NCBI GenBank assembly: GCA_030390025.1 | Contig: CM059435.1 | Coordinates: 53,568,001 to 53,632,000, forward strand | Direction: 5' to 3' | DNA: 64,000 nt | DNA from: Squalus acanthias | Taxonomy: Eukaryota | Shown: piece after piece, positions 59,094 through 64,000 of the stretch | How the letters are laid out: each line of letters begins with the position of its first letter | Numbering within the stretch: the first letter of the stretch is position 1 | Position numbers and translations under genes: made by a program | The notes under the pieces: model-generated | Database searches by the model: none | Seen by the model: the letters and a program-made list of their open reading frames with translations, nothing else | Told to the model about the DNA's origin: nothing

Positions 59094-61454
59094 CTGTACT
59101 GAGAGAGATTGTCCTGTGTGTATTGTACCGAGAGAGATTGTCCTGTGTGTATTGTACTGAGAGATATTGTCCTGTGTTTATTGCACTGAGAGGGATTGTC
59201 CTGTGTTTATTGCACTGAGCGAGATTGTCCTGTGTGTATTGTACTGAGAGAGATTGTCCTGTGTTTATTGTACTGAGAGATTGTCCTGAGTGTATTGTAC
59301 TGAGAGAGATTGTCCTGAGTGTATTGTACTGAGAGAGATTGTCCTGTGTGTATTGTACTGAGAGATTGTCCTGTGTTTATTGTACTGAGAGAGATTGTCC
59401 TGTGTGTATTGGACTGAGAGAGATTGTCCTGTGTGTATTGTACTGAGAGAGAATGTCCTGTGTGTATTGTACTGAGAGATTGTCCTGTGTTTATTGTACT
59501 GAGAGAGATTGTCCTGTGTTTATTGTACTGAGAGAGATTGTCCTGTGTTTATTGTACTGAGAGAGATTGTCCTGTGTGTATTGGACTGAGAGAGATTGTC
59601 CTGTGTGTATTGTACTGAGAGAGATTGTCCTGTATGTATTGTACTGAGAGAGATTATCCTGTGTTTATTGTACTGAGAGAGATTGTCCTGTGTTTATTGT
59701 ACTGAGAGAGATTGTCCTGTGTTTATTGTACTGAGAGAGATTGTCCTGTGTGTATTGTACTGAGAGAGATTGTCCTGTGTTTATTGTACTGAGAGAGATT
59801 GTCCTGTATGTATTGTACTGAGAGAGATTGTACTGTGTTTATTGTACTGAGAGATTGTCCTGTGTGTATTGTACTGAGAGATTGTCCTGTGTTTATTGTA
59901 CTAAGAGAGATTGTCCTGTGTTTATTATACTGAGAGAGATTGTCCTGTGTGTATTGTACTGAGAGAGATTGTCCTGTGTGTATTGTACTGAGAGATTGTC
60001 CTGTGTGTATTGTACTGAGAGGGATTGTCCTGTGTTTATTATACTGAGAGAGATTGTCCTGTGTGTATTGTACTGAGAGATTGTCCTGTGTGTATTGTAC
60101 TGAGAGAGATTGTCCTGTGTTTATTATACTGAGAGAGATTTTCCTGTGTGTATTGTACTGAGAGAGATTGTCCTGTGTGTATTGTACTGAGAGATTGTCC
60201 TGTGTGTATTGTACTGAGCGAGATTGTCCTGTGTTTATTGTACTGAGAGAGATTGTCCTGTGTGTATTATAGTGAGAGAGATTGTCCTGTGTATTGTACT
60301 GAGAGATTGTCCTGTGTGTATTGTAGTGAGAGAGATTGTCCTGTGTGTATTGTACTGAGAGAGATTGTCCTGTGTATTGTACTGAGAGATTGTCCTGTGT
60401 GTATTATAGTGAGAGAGATTGTCCTGTGTATTGTACTGAGAGATTGTCCTGTGTTTATTGTACTGAGAGATTGTCCTGTGTGTATTATAGTGAGAGAGAT
60501 TGTCCTGTGTATTGTACTGAGAGATTGTCCTGTGTTTATTGTACTGAGAGGGATTGTCCTGTGTTTATTGTACTGGGAGAGATTGTCCTGTGTTTATTGT
60601 ACTGAGAGATTGTCCTGTGTGTATTGTACTGAGAGATTGTCCTGTGTGTATTGTACTGAGAGAGATTGTACTGAGAGAGATTGTCCTGTGTGTATTGTAG
60701 TGAGAGAGATTGTCCTGTGTTTATTGTACTGAGAGAGATTGTCCTGTGTGTATTGTACTGAGAGAGATTGTCCTGTGTGTATTGTACTGAGAGAGATTGT
60801 CCTGTGTTTACTGTACTGAGAGAGATTGTCCTGTGTGTATTATACTGAGAGAGATTGTCCTGTGTTTATTGTACTGAGAGATTGTCCTGTGTGTATTGTA
60901 GTGAGAGAGATTGTCCTGTGTTTATTGTACTGAGAGAGATTGTCCTGTGTGTATTGTACTGAGCGAGATTGTCCTGTGTGTATTGTACTGAGAGAGATTG
61001 TCCTGTGTTTATTGTACTGAGAGATTGTCCTGTGTGTATTGTACTGAGAGAGATTGTCCTGTGTGCATTTTACTGAGAGAGATTGTCCTGTGTGTATTGT
61101 ACTGAGAGAGATTGTCCTGTGTGTATTGTACTAAGAGAGATTGTCCTGTGTGTATTGTACTGAGAGATTGTCCTGTGTGTATTCTACTGAGCGAGATTGT
61201 CCTGTGTGTATTGTACTGAGAGAGATTGTCCTGTGTGCATTTTACTGAGAGAGATTGTCCTGTGTGTATTGTACTGAGAGAGATTGTCCTGTGTGTATTG
61301 TACTGAGAGATTGTCCTGTGTGTATTGTACTGAGAGGGATTGTCCTGTGTTTATTATACTGAGAGAGATTGTCCTGTGTTTATTGTACTGAGAGATTGTC
61401 CTGTGTTTATTGTACTGAGAGATTGTCCTGTGTGTATTGTACTGAGGGGGATTG
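59094..61454. repeat. 29-bp minisatellite with 27- and 25-bp variants (gagagagattgtcctgtgtgtattgtact)n
   Basis: About 2.36 kb of direct tandem repeats. Confidence 0.95.
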
Positions 61455-61583
61455 ACCAGTGATGCTTCCTCCTGGCTTTTACTGCTCGCTATACACTATC
61501 TTTGAACTCTTACCTCTCCTGTCAGAGAATTGCCTGTGTTTTTAAAGGGTATTCACCAACTCTGTCCTTTGCAATTTCCACAG

Positions 61584-61714
61584 AAAATGGTGTGTCATGG
61601 GGAGCACACATACCTGTACGCTCAGTCCATAATGTCTGTGTTGGCCCAGGAGGAACAGGGTGGGGCAGCCGTCCGTCGAATTGCGCAGGAAGTTCAGAGA
61701 TATGCGCACGAGAA
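61584..61714 (+). CDS. NELFCD: NELFCD exon 7 (gene continues beyond the window)
   Basis: cacag|KMVCHGEHTYLYAQSIMSVLAQEEQGGAAVRRIAQEVQRYAHE(K)|gtaagt. 131 nt. Confidence 0.96.
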
Positions 61715-61844
61715 GTAAGTACACAAGAGATCCTTGGGTCTTCAGGGAATTTTAAAGCCCTGTTTTAATGCAGATACTGAATACTCGTCTGACTAATTTT
61801 CTCCCCATTTCTCCTAAAGTGCTGAGGGTACAGTTCCATGGGCA

Positions 61845-62196
61845 CGGGTCATCCTCCATTACCTCATCCTCGGGTCATCCTCCATTACCTCATCCTCGGG
61901 TCATCCTCCATTACCTCATCCTCGGGTCATCCTCCATTACCTCATCCTCGGGTCATCCTCCATTACCTCATCCTCGGGTCATCCTCCATTACCTCATCCG
62001 CGGGTCATCTTCCATGACCTCAACCTCGGGTCATCTTCCATGACCTCATCCTCGGGTCATCCTCCATTACCTCATCCTCGGGTCATCCTCCATTACCTCA
62101 TCCTCGGGTCATCTTCCATGACCTCATCCTCGGGTCATCTTCCATTACCTCATCCTCGGGTCATCCTCCATTACCTCATCCTCGGGTCATCTTCCA
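61845..62196. repeat. 26-bp minisatellite (cgggtcatcctccattacctcatcct)n
   Basis: Direct tandem repeats. Confidence 0.93.
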
Positions 62197-63136
62197 TCCC
62201 CATGCTGGTTCCTGCGGTGTCGCCGGGCTGGTTCCTGCGGTGTCCCCGGGCTGGTTCCTGCGGCGTCCCCGGGCTGGTTCCTGCGGTGTCCCCGGGCTGG
62301 TTCCTGCGGTGTCCCCGGGCTGTTTCCTGCGGTGTCCCCGGGTTGGTTCCTGCGGTGTCCCCGGGCTGGTTCCTGCGGTGTCCCCGGGCTGGTTCCTGCG
62401 GTGTCCCCGGGCTGGTTCCTGCGGTGTCCCCGGGCTGGTTCCTGCGGTGTCCCCGGGCTGGTTCCTGCGGTGTCCCCATGCTGGTTCCTGCGGTGTCCCC
62501 ATGCTGGTTCCTGCGGTGTCCCCGGGCTGGTTCCTGCGGCGTCCCCGGGCTGGTTCCTGCGGTGTCCCCGGGCTGGTTCCTGCGGTGTCCCCATGCTGGT
62601 TCCTGCGGTGTCCCCGGGCTGGTTCCTGCGGTGTCCCCATGCTGGTTCCTGCGGCGTCCCCGGGCTGGTTCCTGCGGCGTCCCCGGGCTGGTTCCTGCGG
62701 TGTCCCCGGGCTGGTTCCTGCGGTGTCCCCATGCTGGTTCCTGCGGTGTCCCCGGGCTGGTTCCTGCGGTGTCCCCGGGCTGGTTCCTACGGTGTCCCCG
62801 GGCTGGTTCCTGCGGCGTCCCCGGGCTGGTTCCTGCGGCGTCCCCGGGCTGGTTCCTGCGGTGTCCCCGGGCTGGTTCCTGCGGTGTCCCCGGGCTGGTT
62901 CCTGCGGTGTCCCCGGGCTGGTTCCTGCGGTGTCCCCATGCTGGTTCCTGCGGTGTCCCCATGCTGGTTCCTGCGGCGTCCCCGGGCTGGTTCCTGCGGC
63001 GTCCCCGGGCTGGTTCCTGCGGCGTCCCCGGGCTGGTTCCTGCGGTGTCCCCATGCTGGTTCCTGCGGCGTCCCCGGGCTGGTTCCTGCGGCGTCCCCGG
63101 GCTGGTTCCTGAGGTGTTCCCCCGCTGGTTCCTGCT
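62197..63136. repeat. 23-bp GC/CpG-rich minisatellite (ccccgggctggttcctgcggtgt)n
   Basis: About 40 direct tandem units abutting the 26-bp array. Confidence 0.93.
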
Positions 63137-63139
63137 GTA

Positions 63140-64000
63140 TTCAGGGAACTATAGTCAGCTTAACATTGGTGTTAGGAAAAATAATGGAATCCCCACTAAA
63201 AGAGAAAATAGAAGAACATCTAGAAACCAAAAATATGATAATGAATAGTCAGCATGGATTTCAAAAAGGGAAAGTCTTGCTTGTCCAATCTTATTGAATT
63301 TTTTGAAGACGTAACAGAGAGAATAGACAAGGATAATGCAGTAGATGTAATTTATCTAGATTTTCAAAAGGCCTTCGAGAAGGTACCACATAATAGACCT
63401 CTGAATAAGGTCAGAGAATGCGGAGTCAGGGGACAAGTAGCAGAATGGATTGCTGGCTGGCTTCAGGACAGAAAGCAGGGAGTAGGAGTAAAGGGTAGCT
63501 ATTCGCCGTGGCAGAAGGTGGGTAGTGGAGTTCCACAAGGATCAGTGCTGGGACCACTGCTGTTCACAATTTACATTAACGATTTAGACTTTGGAATCAA
63601 AAACAATTTCTAAATTTGTGGATGACACCAAATTGGGGGGGGTGTGGGGGGGATAGTTAGTACTGAGGAGGACTGCAACAAATTACAGGCGGACATTAAT
63701 AAACTTGCAGAATGGGCATATAATTGGCAAATGAAATTCAACACAGATAAATGTGAGGTATTACATTTTGGTAGGAAGAATAGGGAGGTCACTTATTACT
63801 TGGAGAGTGCGAATCTAGGTGGGGTAGAGGAACAAAGGGATCTCGGAGTACAAATACACAAATCACTAAAAGTAGCGACAAAGGTTAACAAGGCCATAAA
63901 GAAAGCAAACCAGGTACTAGGGTTTATTTCTAGAGGGATAGAATTGAAAAGTAATGAAGTTATGCTAAACCTGTATTGAACCTTGGTTAGACCACACTTG
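63140..64000 (+). mobile_element. Decayed CR1 RT fragment (runs off the window)
   Basis: [21 protein letters not shown] and WQMKFN, with frameshifts. Confidence 0.88.

Noticed and set aside
62040-63297. Several 260-400 aa ORFs on both strands
   Set aside because: These are translations of the 26-bp and 23-bp repeats.

Overview
Repeat-dense vertebrate genomic DNA, most likely from a shark or other cartilaginous fish. This is inferred from HE1-like and SacSINE1-like SINEs plus abundant CR1, L2 and Penelope elements. The only clear host gene is NELFCD (TH1L) on the + strand: coding exons 1-7 span 30917-61714 with consistent GT-AG phases, and the gene continues beyond the window. The first 30 kb is intergenic. 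It holds a full-length intact CR1 LINE nested in an L2, a decayed Harbinger transposon with TIRs, two Penelope elements, MITEs and SINEs. The NELFCD introns carry many 21-67 bp minisatellites, which explain most of the long low-complexity ORFs. The most notable observations are: (1) a UUUAAAC slippery heptamer at the CR1 ORF1 stop, with ORF2 open in the -1 frame (candidate programmed frameshift); (2) a Charlie-type hAT element carrying a genomic copy of TPP2 exon 1; (3) three fold-back insertions of one Penelope-type family, including a near-perfect 636-bp spacerless palindrome, two of which flank NELFCD exon 3; and (4) minimal hammerhead ribozyme motifs. Repeat family names come from recall of consensus sequences, not database searches.
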